Shown: positions 19,046 through 27,545, counted from the stretch's first letter. The stretch is DNA of 64,000 nt from an uncultured Staphylococcaceae bacterium (GCA_964409955.1 CAYPEY010000003.1:5914-69913); one strand, 5' to 3'. A program made the numbers and translations. Notes: generated by a model from the sequence alone, not told the origin.

Positions 19046-19074
19046 ATTATAACATTTTTAAAATTTAAAATCAA
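19046..19074 (-). promoter_or_regulatory. sigma-A-type promoter, ~214 nt upstream of the AlbA_2 gene
   Basis: Minus strand TTGATT (19069-19074), 17 nt, TGT-TATAAT (-10 at 19046-19051). Confidence 0.55.
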
Positions 19075-19124
19075 CAATAGATAAGAAAAAAGCTATAATG
19101 TTTTTTTGTCAAAACCTTCAACAA

Positions 19125-19147
19125 AAAAAGAGCTTACAGCTCTTTTT
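19125..19147 (-). terminator. weak hairpin terminator overlapping the acyltransferase stop codon
   Basis: AAAAAGAGCU-GUA-AGCUCUUUUU, with the stop codon in the stem/loop. Confidence 0.35.
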
Positions 19148-20447
19148 CAAAATTTTTCCATTTTCCTCCATTTAATCTATGGATTTCTTCTGTTACTAAA
19201 AACCATTTTTCAACTATTTTATTTTTTGGAAAAAATTCAACAAACTCACCATTATAGAATGTATAAAATCTTGATAAATCTGTACACATTCCATATGTTG
19301 GAAGTTCAAGAGATGATATATGAAAACTAAATTCTTCACCATCTTTTGTTCCTTTATAAGTTAAACCACTTTTATTAAATGTAATTGTACCACTACCAAC
19401 AATATTTGAAGTTTTTAAATCTTTTAAAGGTTTGTATTTTGGTAGCATTCCAAGTTCAACCTCTTCTGTTAATTCAAAATTAGGATCTTTTACTTCTTCT
19501 TTTACAAGATCTCTTTGTAGATTAAACCAATCGCTTTGATCACCTGGTATTACACAAGTATCATCAAACGGAACCATTTCATATGTATCAAGAATAGTTG
19601 CACCATTATTACAAGCAGTGCAATATATTTTATTCTTATCTGTAGCCATCGTAAATTCACATTTGCACTTAGGACACCAGTATAATAGGTTTTCTAAATC
19701 TTTTGCAATATTACCATCATTTTTATATATATGCCCTTTTTCTTTATTCCACTTATAATCATCATGATATATTGCATTATTAATAATATACTCAATTTCT
19801 TCAGGTGATAAGTTTTCAATCTCAGCTGGAGTAAACAATCTATCATATACTACTTCAACTCTACCATATCGATCTGTTAAGTTATATTTAGGACATGTTA
19901 AATATCCACCCTTTATAACAGAATAATAAACAGGTACTTTAAAGTGTTTTATAAATTTACCTGTGCCGATTGCAACAGGTTGATTGGCACCAGATATTGA
20001 ATTCATACCTTCTGGAAATATTATAACCTTACCATTATTCTTTAAAATGCGTGTTACTTCTTTGATTGTATATATATCTGCAGTAAAGTTCTTCTTTGGA
20101 ATTACATTTAATAATTTAAATACCCCTTTTAAATGAGATCTAAAAAATTCATTATATCCAGCAACATAATTTAAAGTATTAGGCAGTAGTGGTACACCTG
20201 TAAATATATAATCTTGACGTGATGCATGATTACTAATTACAATATAGGGCCCTTTTTCTTTTCTAAAATCATATTTAAATTCAACATGCACATTATATTT
20301 TTTCATGAATAGCTTTTTCCAAATGCGTCCTAATATATTATATATGATATAAGGAGGCTTTTTAATATGTCTCTTATGCAATTTTTGATCAATAGTTAAT
20401 TTTTCTTTTCCCATAAAATATTCCATCCTTCTATAATATTTTAACAT
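19134..20447 (-). CDS. lysophospholipid (1-acyl-sn-glycerol-3-phosphate) acyltransferase family protein with C-terminal zinc-ribbon-like domain
   Basis: H(X)4D motif NHASRQD and IIFPEGMNS. Extra ~230-aa C-terminal domain with CPKC...CTAC. Alternative starts at 20426 and 20414. Confidence 0.8.
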   Translation of the reverse strand: MLKYYRRMEYFMGKEKLTIDQKLHKRHIKKPPYIIYNILGRIWKKLFMKKYNVHVEFKYDFRKEKGPYIVISNHASRQDYIFTGVPLLPNTLNYVAGYNEFFRSHLKGVFKLLNVIPKKNFTADIYTIKEVTRILKNNGKVIIFPEGMNSISGANQPVAIGTGKFIKHFKVPVYYSVIKGGYLTCPKYNLTDRYGRVEVVYDRLFTPAEIENLSPEEIEYIINNAIYHDDYKWNKEKGHIYKNDGNIAKDLENLLYWCPKCKCEFTMATDKNKIYCTACNNGATILDTYEMVPFDDTCVIPGDQSDWFNLQRDLVKEEVKDPNFELTEEVELGMLPKYKPLKDLKTSNIVGSGTITFNKSGLTYKGTKDGEEFSFHISSLELPTYGMCTDLSRFYTFYNGEFVEFFPKNKIVEKWFLVTEEIHRLNGGKWKNFEKEL

Positions 20448-20486
20448 AATATATATATAAATTCAAAAAATTTAACTTATATACAA

Positions 20487-20514
20487 AAACACTTCAGACT
20501 AAACTGAAGTGTTT
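20487..20514 (-). terminator. intrinsic terminator after truA
   Basis: AAAACACUUCAG-UUUAGU-CUGAAGUGUUUU followed by UG on the minus strand. Confidence 0.65.
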
Positions 20515-20516
20515 TC

Positions 20517-21245
20517 TTATTCATAATATACTTTCCAAAGATATAATCCTGTAGCTGGTGCTACATATGGAGCAAGACTTCTTTCTTTTCCATCTATTAT
20601 TCTTTTAATGTCAATTGGCTCTAGTTTTCCTTCTGCAACTTTTAACATTAACGCAATAATAATACGAACCATATTGTACATAAAGCCATTGCCTACAATT
20701 CTAAATTCTAAAATACCATCATTTATATCAAGTTCAAATGATTCAATAGTTCTAATAGTTGTCTTAATATTTTTATTTTTTGAAAAACTTTTAAAATCAT
20801 GTGTTCCAACAATATAAGTCATTGCTTCTCTGATTTTTGATATATCAATTCTATCGTGGAAAAAATGCATATAATTATATTTAAGTGGATCAAATCTATT
20901 AATTGATACATAATATCGATATTCTTTCTTTACTGCACTTTTTCTACTATGGAAGGTTTCATCCACCAGTTCAATACTTGATACATATATATGAGGAAAT
21001 ATTTTTTTATTTAATATCTTTTGAAGATTCTTCACAGGAATTGCTTGAGGTGAATCAAAGTGAGCAACTTGTCCTCTTGCATGAACCCCTGCATCAGTTC
21101 TACCTGATCCATGTATTATAATATCTTGCTTGAAAATTTCAGAGAGTTTTTCTTCTATTACTTCTTGGATAGATATATAGTTAAGTTGACGCTGAAATCC
21201 GTGAAAGAAACTTCCGTCATATTCTATAATCATTTTATAACGCAT
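20517..21245 (-). CDS. truA: tRNA pseudouridine(38-40) synthase
   Basis: MRYKMIIEYDGSFFHGFQRQ N-terminus and catalytic GSGRTDAGVHA. Start set at ATG 21245. Confidence 0.9.
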   Translation of the reverse strand: MRYKMIIEYDGSFFHGFQRQLNYISIQEVIEEKLSEIFKQDIIIHGSGRTDAGVHARGQVAHFDSPQAIPVKNLQKILNKKIFPHIYVSSIELVDETFHSRKSAVKKEYRYYVSINRFDPLKYNYMHFFHDRIDISKIREAMTYIVGTHDFKSFSKNKNIKTTIRTIESFELDINDGILEFRIVGNGFMYNMVRIIIALMLKVAEGKLEPIDIKRIIDGKERSLAPYVAPATGLYLWKVYYE

Positions 21246-22218
21246 ATAGTCCACACTTTCCAAGTATCAAAACTATAAATAATAAAATTACAAAAGCATT
21301 TATAAAATAATCATATATATGAAATTTCATTGGCGCAAGCTTACTTCGTGCCTCACCTGGAACATAACCTCTTGCTTCCATTGCATCAGCAAGATCTGTT
21401 GCACGTTTTATAGATATTACAAACATCGGAACAAGAAGTGATACGATTTGCTTGATTTGCTCAGTAAGACGCCCTTCATTAAAATCAACACCACGTGATG
21501 CTTGTGCTTTTAATATTTTATTAGTTTCATTAAATAATGTTGGAATAAAACGCAGAGCAATTGAAATCATCATTGCAAAAATACTTGTTTTAATATGTAA
21601 TGCTTCAAGTGGTTTTAAATACCATTCAATTGCATTTGTTAAATCAGTTGGTTTTGTTGTAAGAGTTAATACTGATGATACAAGTATTACAACAAGTACT
21701 CTTGCAAATATAAATGTACCATGAATTAAACCGCCTTCATATATATCCCAGTTAAATGTCTTAAAAACACTACCGTATATTGGATAGTTTAACATATATA
21801 TAACACCAATAATTACTGCTATTAAAAATAAGAATTTAAATGGTAAATATTTTCGAACTATAAAGTATATTGCAACAATTATTATAGCTAATATTAAATT
21901 TACAATAGTTAAATTAAATGTTGTAGATATTACAATGCTACCTTCTTTATTTAATATCATTTGAAAGATAAAAGAAAATAACATAATAAATACTATTTGT
22001 TTTAAACTCTTTAAATATTTAAAAATTGAAACTTTAGAGAATACTACACCAATTAATGGAATTAACGCTACAAGTACAAGCACTATAAAGTTATCTTGAG
22101 GCACTAAAAATGCAGCAATCATCGTAAGCACTAGTATTAACAGTTTACTTCTTGCATCAAGTTTATGGATAATACTATCTCTAAAGACATATTGGCCAAA
22201 TATTATTTTATCATTCAT
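21235..22218 (-). CDS. ecfT: ECF transporter transmembrane component
   Basis: Multi-TM CbiQ/EcfT family protein with the conserved DLADAMEARGY motif. Overlaps ecfA2. Confidence 0.9.
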   Translation of the reverse strand: MNDKIIFGQYVFRDSIIHKLDARSKLLILVLTMIAAFLVPQDNFIVLVLVALIPLIGVVFSKVSIFKYLKSLKQIVFIMLFSFIFQMILNKEGSIVISTTFNLTIVNLILAIIIVAIYFIVRKYLPFKFLFLIAVIIGVIYMLNYPIYGSVFKTFNWDIYEGGLIHGTFIFARVLVVILVSSVLTLTTKPTDLTNAIEWYLKPLEALHIKTSIFAMMISIALRFIPTLFNETNKILKAQASRGVDFNEGRLTEQIKQIVSLLVPMFVISIKRATDLADAMEARGYVPGEARSKLAPMKFHIYDYFINAFVILLFIVLILGKCGLYAL

Positions 22219-23068
22219 AATATTCGCCTCCTTTATCTATACACTTTTTAAGTGTATCTAGTGTTAAAGGAATATCTTTATAATTAATTAGTCCTTTTGC
22301 TTTTAAACCTTTCGCAAGAATGCTTACAACCGGTAAATCTAAATTGTATTTATCAAGTAGCGCTTCATCATTAAATAATTTTTGAACATTTCCATCATAT
22401 ACCAGATGACCTTCTTTCATTACAAGAACTCGTTTTGCAAAACTTGCAACTATATTCATATCATGAGAAATCATGATTATTGTTTTTGATGTTTCTTCTT
22501 GAATATTTTTAAGAAGTGTTAATAGTTCATCTTTTCCTTTTGGATCAAGTCCTACAGTTGGTTCATCTAGTATTAATATATCTGGATTAATTGCAAGTGC
22601 ACCTGCAATTGCAACTCTCCTCATTTGTCCACCGCTTAAACTAAATGGACTTCTATCCAGTAATTCATCTGGAATACCAATCAATTTCGCTGCGTTAAGT
22701 GCAAGTTCTTTTGCTTCTTCTTTTGTTTTACCAAAATTTTTTGGTCCAAACATAATATCATCAAGTACTGTTGCTTCAAATATTTGATATTCAGGAAATT
22801 GGAAAACTAACCCTACATGTTCTCTAACAGGTTTTAATTTGATTGATTTATTTCTAACAACATTTATATCAAATACTTTAACACTTCCACTATTTGCAAA
22901 AAGTAGTGCATTCATATGTTGAACAAGAGTAGACTTACCACTACCTGTTTGACCTAAAATCGCAATAAACTCATCTTTAGCATTAATTTGTAATGTAACA
23001 TTATCAAGTTGAGATGTTGTGGCTTTTTTTGAATATTTAAAACTTACATTTTGAAGGTTAATTCCCAT
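22211..23068 (-). CDS. ecfA2: ECF transporter ATPase component 2
   Basis: Walker A GQTGSGKST, signature LSGGQMRR, Walker B ILILDEPT. Confidence 0.9.
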   Translation of the reverse strand: MGINLQNVSFKYSKKATTSQLDNVTLQINAKDEFIAILGQTGSGKSTLVQHMNALLFANSGSVKVFDINVVRNKSIKLKPVREHVGLVFQFPEYQIFEATVLDDIMFGPKNFGKTKEEAKELALNAAKLIGIPDELLDRSPFSLSGGQMRRVAIAGALAINPDILILDEPTVGLDPKGKDELLTLLKNIQEETSKTIIMISHDMNIVASFAKRVLVMKEGHLVYDGNVQKLFNDEALLDKYNLDLPVVSILAKGLKAKGLINYKDIPLTLDTLKKCIDKGGEYYE

Positions 23069-23862
23069 ATAGCCTCCTGTAGTTTTTCTTTATACTTACT
23101 GTTTAAACTAGACTCCTTAACATATTCAAGAAGTTTAATGCCATCTATTAGTTTTAAGCCACATTCTTCTAATATTTGTTTTTCCTTAAATACAACTTCC
23201 GGTGTTCCATCAAGTACAATTTTACCTTTGTTAAACACAAATATTCTATCAGCATCAAGTGCTTCTTCTAAATTATGTGTAATAGTAATAATTGTTTTAT
23301 TATAATCTTTCTTTAATTTAGAAATCATATTATTTATTTCTTTAGTACCTTTAGGATCTAACATTGATGTAGATTCATCAAATATAATCATTTCTGTTTC
23401 CATCGCAAGAGCTCCAGCTATTGCAACTCGTTGCTTTTGACCTCCAGATAAATCTTCCGGATTTCTATCTAAATAATCTTGCATATCAACAAGCGTTGCA
23501 TACTTATTAATTTGTTCAATCATTTTATCTCTTTCAACTCTATGATTTTCAAGTCCAAAGGCAATATCATCTCTTACAGTTACCCCAACAAATTGATTAT
23601 CAGGATTTTGAAAAATAATACTCATCTTTTTACGAAGGGTATTAACAGTTTTTTCGTTTAACTCTACATCATCGATTAATATAGTTCCACTAGTTGGAAC
23701 TAGAAGGCCCATCATAAGTTTAGCTAGTGTGCTTTTTCCACTACCATTATGACCTAAAAAAGCAACTAAAGATGCATTATCTAAACAAAATGATACATGT
23801 TCTAATACTTCTTCATCTGAATCTAAATATTTAAAACATACATCTTTAAACTCAATTTTCAT
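23044..23862 (-). CDS. ecfA1: ECF transporter ATPase component 1
   Basis: Walker A GHNGSGKST, signature LSGGQKQR, Walker B MIIFDEST. Confidence 0.9.
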   Translation of the reverse strand: MKIEFKDVCFKYLDSDEEVLEHVSFCLDNASLVAFLGHNGSGKSTLAKLMMGLLVPTSGTILIDDVELNEKTVNTLRKKMSIIFQNPDNQFVGVTVRDDIAFGLENHRVERDKMIEQINKYATLVDMQDYLDRNPEDLSGGQKQRVAIAGALAMETEMIIFDESTSMLDPKGTKEINNMISKLKKDYNKTIITITHNLEEALDADRIFVFNKGKIVLDGTPEVVFKEKQILEECGLKLIDGIKLLEYVKESSLNSKYKEKLQEAIWELTFKM

Positions 23863-23975
23863 AATAAGCCTCCTTTTCTACATAGTAATTCATTATATTA
23901 TACCAAATTTATACGATTTTTGCAAATATATAAGTAAAGTGTATATATATTTTTCTGTACATAAATTTTTATATA

Positions 23976-25046
23976 CTATGAAACTTCTTCTTTTAAAACC
24001 TTGCTATTCTCAACATATATTGCTTTCATAAGATATTCATATAGCTCTTCACCAATACACATGTTAACTAATTTATATCTCCTGCCTACAAAACAATTTT
24101 TTGGTTTTTCTATATCAGTAAATTCATCACTATAAAGAATTTTAATGCATAATATATATACTAATGCTGCACATCTTATAAACTCAGCATACTCAAATTT
24201 ATTAATAACAAAATCTTTAAAACCTTCATATCCTTTCATTAATTGGCTATATTCTTCCTTAGTTCCACCAAAAGTACCTTGGGAAATAATCAATTTACAT
24301 GCGTTAATTGAATCATAAAGACATTCTTCATTACTAATTTCTAACAATCTGTTTCTTCTTTGAACTTCAGCAACTTTATAATATGTCTTCTTTACAATAT
24401 CTAAGCTTGTCATTCTACTCATTAATTTCGATACATCATAAAGTTGTTTAACTATTTCAATATTTTTAGAAATAAATGGACTTCTTTGTTTATATAAAAT
24501 TCCAATCGTTTTTGGAGCAAATGCAGTTAATTTATCTCCTATCATTTCATCTATAGAAGGTATTTTAACTTTTAATAACGGATCAGTCGTTGTAACATAA
24601 TGACTAGCTATAGAAAAAAGTGAAATATCACTATAGTCTAGATTGTCAAATACAATATCCAAAAGAACATATGACAAATTATCATCTTTAGCATAAATAG
24701 ATTTAAAATATAATTTATAATGTTTTTTAATAATTTCAGATGGTTTTCTAAAATCTTCTTCCACTTCTACAAATATATCATCTTTTAATTTTAAAATAAC
24801 CTCACTAATATTGTGTGCATAATTTTTGAGCATTAAAATATCAATATCAACCGAAAAGCGATTAAATTCGCTCAATAGTAACATTAACGAGGTTCCTCCT
24901 TTAAAAACAAAATCTAATTTCAAATTTGCAAGTTTTTCCAACAAATAAAATGCATGAACAACTTTTTCATAAATTTTTTTCTTTTCTATATTTGTTCCTG
25001 CTTTACTTTCAATGAAATCATCATTAAAACATTCTTTTAATATCAT
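23976..25046 (-). CDS. abiEii: nucleotidyltransferase toxin, AbiEii/AbiGii (DUF1814) family
   Basis: FVFKGGTSLMLLL and FSVDIDIL nucleotidyltransferase motifs near the N-terminus. 4-nt ATGA overlap with the upstream partner. Confidence 0.8.
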   Translation of the reverse strand: MILKECFNDDFIESKAGTNIEKKKIYEKVVHAFYLLEKLANLKLDFVFKGGTSLMLLLSEFNRFSVDIDILMLKNYAHNISEVILKLKDDIFVEVEEDFRKPSEIIKKHYKLYFKSIYAKDDNLSYVLLDIVFDNLDYSDISLFSIASHYVTTTDPLLKVKIPSIDEMIGDKLTAFAPKTIGILYKQRSPFISKNIEIVKQLYDVSKLMSRMTSLDIVKKTYYKVAEVQRRNRLLEISNEECLYDSINACKLIISQGTFGGTKEEYSQLMKGYEGFKDFVINKFEYAEFIRCAALVYILCIKILYSDEFTDIEKPKNCFVGRRYKLVNMCIGEELYEYLMKAIYVENSKVLKEEVS

Positions 25047-25810
25047 ATAAATTCTCCACTCTCTTTATCATATCCTATATAAATTAATAATTCTAACAAT
25101 TTATTGTAACAATATCTTTTCTTTGCATATCTAAATAATGTTGCTTGATTTATTTGATAATATTTTAAGATATTGTAATAAATATTAGTAATTTCACTAG
25201 ACATAATGTTCTTATAAAAATCATCCACTAATATATCTATTAATAGTTTTTCAATTTTCGGTACTGTAACCCAAGTAGTACCTTTAAAACTATTTTCTCT
25301 TTTTCTTATTATTGGTGAATCTTCGTTTATTGTTTTGATAACATAAACATCAGCAGAATTCACATATTTATTTACAATATTATAATCTTCCTCAAATACT
25401 ACAAATTTTCCATTATTTAATAAAACATTAAATACCATTTCTTTTGCATAAGAGTATACTTCAATAATATTAACATTATGTTGTAATTGAAGTGATGTGA
25501 AATTATTAAAAATCGAAGTATTATAAAAGGAAATAATAATAGCTGGACAAATTTTTTCTAATTGTGTCCTAACATCTATATCTATAAACAAATTCATTTC
25601 AAATTTATGTTTATTTTTTGATGATTTCCATATATTAGAGTCAAATTTATACAAAATATTATTACGGTAAAGTTCCATTAAATAATAATTAAAATATTTT
25701 TCACTCTTTTTTGGAAATAATCTAAAAAAATATTCCTTCAATTCTTCTTCATAAATAATTTTTTTGTTTTGTATAAATTCTTCTATTATATTAATTTCAT
25801 TTTTTTTCAT
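25043..25810 (-). CDS. putative AbiEi-like antitoxin/transcriptional partner of AbiEii
   Basis: Assigned from position, size (255 aa) and translational coupling to abiEii. Preceded by a consensus promoter with paired inverted repeats. No motif I can name with certainty. Confidence 0.5.
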   Translation of the reverse strand: MKKNEINIIEEFIQNKKIIYEEELKEYFFRLFPKKSEKYFNYYLMELYRNNILYKFDSNIWKSSKNKHKFEMNLFIDIDVRTQLEKICPAIIISFYNTSIFNNFTSLQLQHNVNIIEVYSYAKEMVFNVLLNNGKFVVFEEDYNIVNKYVNSADVYVIKTINEDSPIIRKRENSFKGTTWVTVPKIEKLLIDILVDDFYKNIMSSEITNIYYNILKYYQINQATLFRYAKKRYCYNKLLELLIYIGYDKESGEFI

Positions 25811-25823
25811 AGTATCACCTTTT

Positions 25824-25861
25824 AAATAATCGGGTTTTTTTATTATTTAACCCGTTTATTT
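25824..25861 (-). promoter_or_regulatory. inverted repeat IR1 (candidate operator) between the -10 box and the abiEi-like RBS
   Basis: aaataatcgggtt-N12-aacccgtttattt (12/13 complementary). Shares its half-site with IR2. Confidence 0.45.
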
Positions 25862-25862
25862 A

Positions 25863-25891
25863 ATTATAACACTTTTGTTAATAATTGTCAA
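25863..25891 (-). promoter_or_regulatory. consensus sigma-A promoter of the abiEi-like/abiEii operon
   Basis: Minus strand TTGACA (25886-25891), 17 nt, TGT-TATAAT (-10 at 25863-25868). Confidence 0.6.
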
Positions 25892-25895
25892 CAAC

Positions 25896-25944
25896 AAAAC
25901 AAATAATTGGGTTATTTTTATAATACAACCCAATTATTTGTTTT
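25896..25944 (-). promoter_or_regulatory. inverted repeat IR2 (candidate distal operator; also the terminator hairpin of the rhuM remnant)
   Basis: Perfect 17-18 bp arms aaacaaataattgggtt-N13-aacccaattatttgttt, followed by a U-rich run on the minus strand, abutting the -35 box. Confidence 0.5.
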
Positions 25945-25953
25945 TTCGTTTGT

Positions 25954-26276
25954 TCACTTTCTAAAAATTATTCCCCTTTTTGAATTCACTCTATAGCCAA
26001 CTGATATAATCATATCCAAATTATAAAATTTAATTATCCTTTTTATATTTCGTCCACCTTCATTTTGAACTACCGAGGATTCCTCGGTAGTTGAATTATC
26101 TAATTCTCCCGATGCAAGAATATTTTTTATATGTAAACCAATGTTATCTGTACTAACTGTAAATAATTTTGCCATTTCTTTTTGAGATAACCATACAGTT
26201 TCTTCTTTTGTACTAACGTTAACATCAAGTTCCAAATCATTATCAATAAATTTTACTACTTCAAATTATTATTCAT
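25954..26276 (-). pseudogene. rhuM: decayed rhuM (virulence protein RhuM family), N-terminal ~100 codons only
   Basis: ETVWLSQKEMAKLF...NLDMIISVGYRVNSKRGIIFRK matches the RhuM N-terminal region. The RBS GGAGGG and ATG 26276 are out of frame with it, and an in-frame TAA lies at 26266-26268. The ORF ends at a TGA where RhuM proteins have Trp (FRxW). The remaining ~230 codons are absent. Confidence 0.7.
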
Positions 26277-26340
26277 ATAAACCCTCCATCATTTATATAG
26301 TACGTCACATATATTGCTTTTTACGTTTTTTATTTTTATA

Positions 26341-26379
26341 AAGAAAAAAGGCTATGATATACATATATATATCATAACC
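26341..26379 (-). terminator. intrinsic terminator after the M50 protease gene
   Basis: GGUUAUGAUAUA-loop-UAUAUCAUAGCC (G-U pair valid on the minus strand only), followed by UUUUUUCUUU. Confidence 0.65.
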
Positions 26380-26384
26380 TTTTA

Positions 26385-27026
26385 TTATGCTAATCCAAAT
26401 ATTTTAAATACAACATTAAGTAAGAAATTATAAATTATTTCAACTAGTTTTGAAATAAATGAAGTTCCCCCTCCTGCAAGACTTGATAAAAGCAAAAGCC
26501 CGCCTAAAATTAGAAAACCATATTGTTGATATTTCATATATTGATAATATGCCTCACCCTTTAGGCAAGATCCAAGTATCTTTGAACCATCTAGTGGTGG
26601 AATCGGAATTAAATTAAATACACCAAGTCCAATATTGATAATTGCAAGATACATACAAAAATAAAGCGCCACTTCTACAAGTGTTGAATATTTATGAACA
26701 AACTTCATAATAAAACCGATTCCAAATATAGCAAGTATCGCAAGTAAGAAATTAATAAGTGGTCCAGCAAGTGCTACAAGCAGCATTCCAAGCTTGGGCT
26801 TTTTGTAATACTCAGGATTTACAACAACCGGTTTTGCCCATCCTACATGAAAAAATATTAAACAAAGCGTTCCAACTGGATCTAAATGTTTAGCAGGATT
26901 TAAAGAAAGTCGTCCTTGACGCTTTGGAGTAGGATCCCCAAGCCAATGCGACATTAGACCATGAGCTATTTCATGCATCATAATTGCTATTAATGCAGCA
27001 GGTATTATATATAAATACTCTATCAT
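26385..27026 (-). CDS. site-2 protease family (peptidase M50) membrane metalloprotease
   Basis: HEIAHG (HExxH) in a TM helix and the NLIPIPPLDGSK second motif. Confidence 0.8.
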   Translation of the reverse strand: MIEYLYIIPAALIAIMMHEIAHGLMSHWLGDPTPKRQGRLSLNPAKHLDPVGTLCLIFFHVGWAKPVVVNPEYYKKPKLGMLLVALAGPLINFLLAILAIFGIGFIMKFVHKYSTLVEVALYFCMYLAIINIGLGVFNLIPIPPLDGSKILGSCLKGEAYYQYMKYQQYGFLILGGLLLLSSLAGGGTSFISKLVEIIYNFLLNVVFKIFGLA

Positions 27027-27128
27027 TTTTTATCACCTCAAGTTAAGATTTTTTATACCTTATAATTTATCATTTTAGTTTTAAAAACTCAAATTTGCGC
27101 AATTTTAAGGCTCATACTTTAAATAAAA

Positions 27129-27455
27129 CTATATAGTTTGGCCAAGTTCTCTTAATTTATCATATTTAACGTTTCTAAAATATAATGCAACATCAATTGA
27201 AATTTCAATGAAGTTTAATACATAAAAGAAGAAACTTAAATAAAAAATAAATCCACTACTTCCCATCGAAAAAACTTGTATAAATTTTCTAGCTATACCA
27301 AAGGCATAACCAACAAGTAAAAATACTTCAAAAAATAAACTTTTCCCTTTTGCTGTTTTAGACACTAATGATTTGCGAATAGAAATAGGCCAAGATAGAC
27401 CAAAACAAAAAATTGTAAGTGCTTCAAATAAATCTGTTATAATATGTAAATCCAT
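27129..27455 (-). CDS. small integral membrane protein, unknown function
   Basis: 108 aa with three hydrophobic helices. No confident family. Confidence 0.5.
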   Translation of the reverse strand: MDLHIITDLFEALTIFCFGLSWPISIRKSLVSKTAKGKSLFFEVFLLVGYAFGIARKFIQVFSMGSSGFIFYLSFFFYVLNFIEISIDVALYFRNVKYDKLRELGQTI

Positions 27456-27545
27456 TTTAATATAATCTCCTTTATTAATATATATAATTATTATATCATA
27501 AAAGTATGTTATTTTACATATATTTGATTGTTTATTTTATTTTTA

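Noticed and set aside
19106-19330. 74-aa plus-strand ORF at the 3' end of the acyltransferase gene
   Set aside because: It is antisense to a supported CDS and starts inside the terminator hairpin. It has no RBS.
21452-21724. 90-aa plus-strand ORF inside ecfT, and similar ones at 20608-21121 inside truA and 23051-23661 inside ecfA1
   Set aside because: These are shadow ORFs antisense to well-supported genes.
25954-25956. TGA read as Trp (genetic code 4), which would extend the RhuM-like ORF
   Set aside because: Trp is encoded by TGG throughout the conserved genes. TGA terminates several well-defined genes, for example through the ATGA overlaps at 25043 and 60105. Reading through gives only ~15 more non-homologous codons before TAA. 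The organism also has murE and sporulation genes, unlike Mollicutes.
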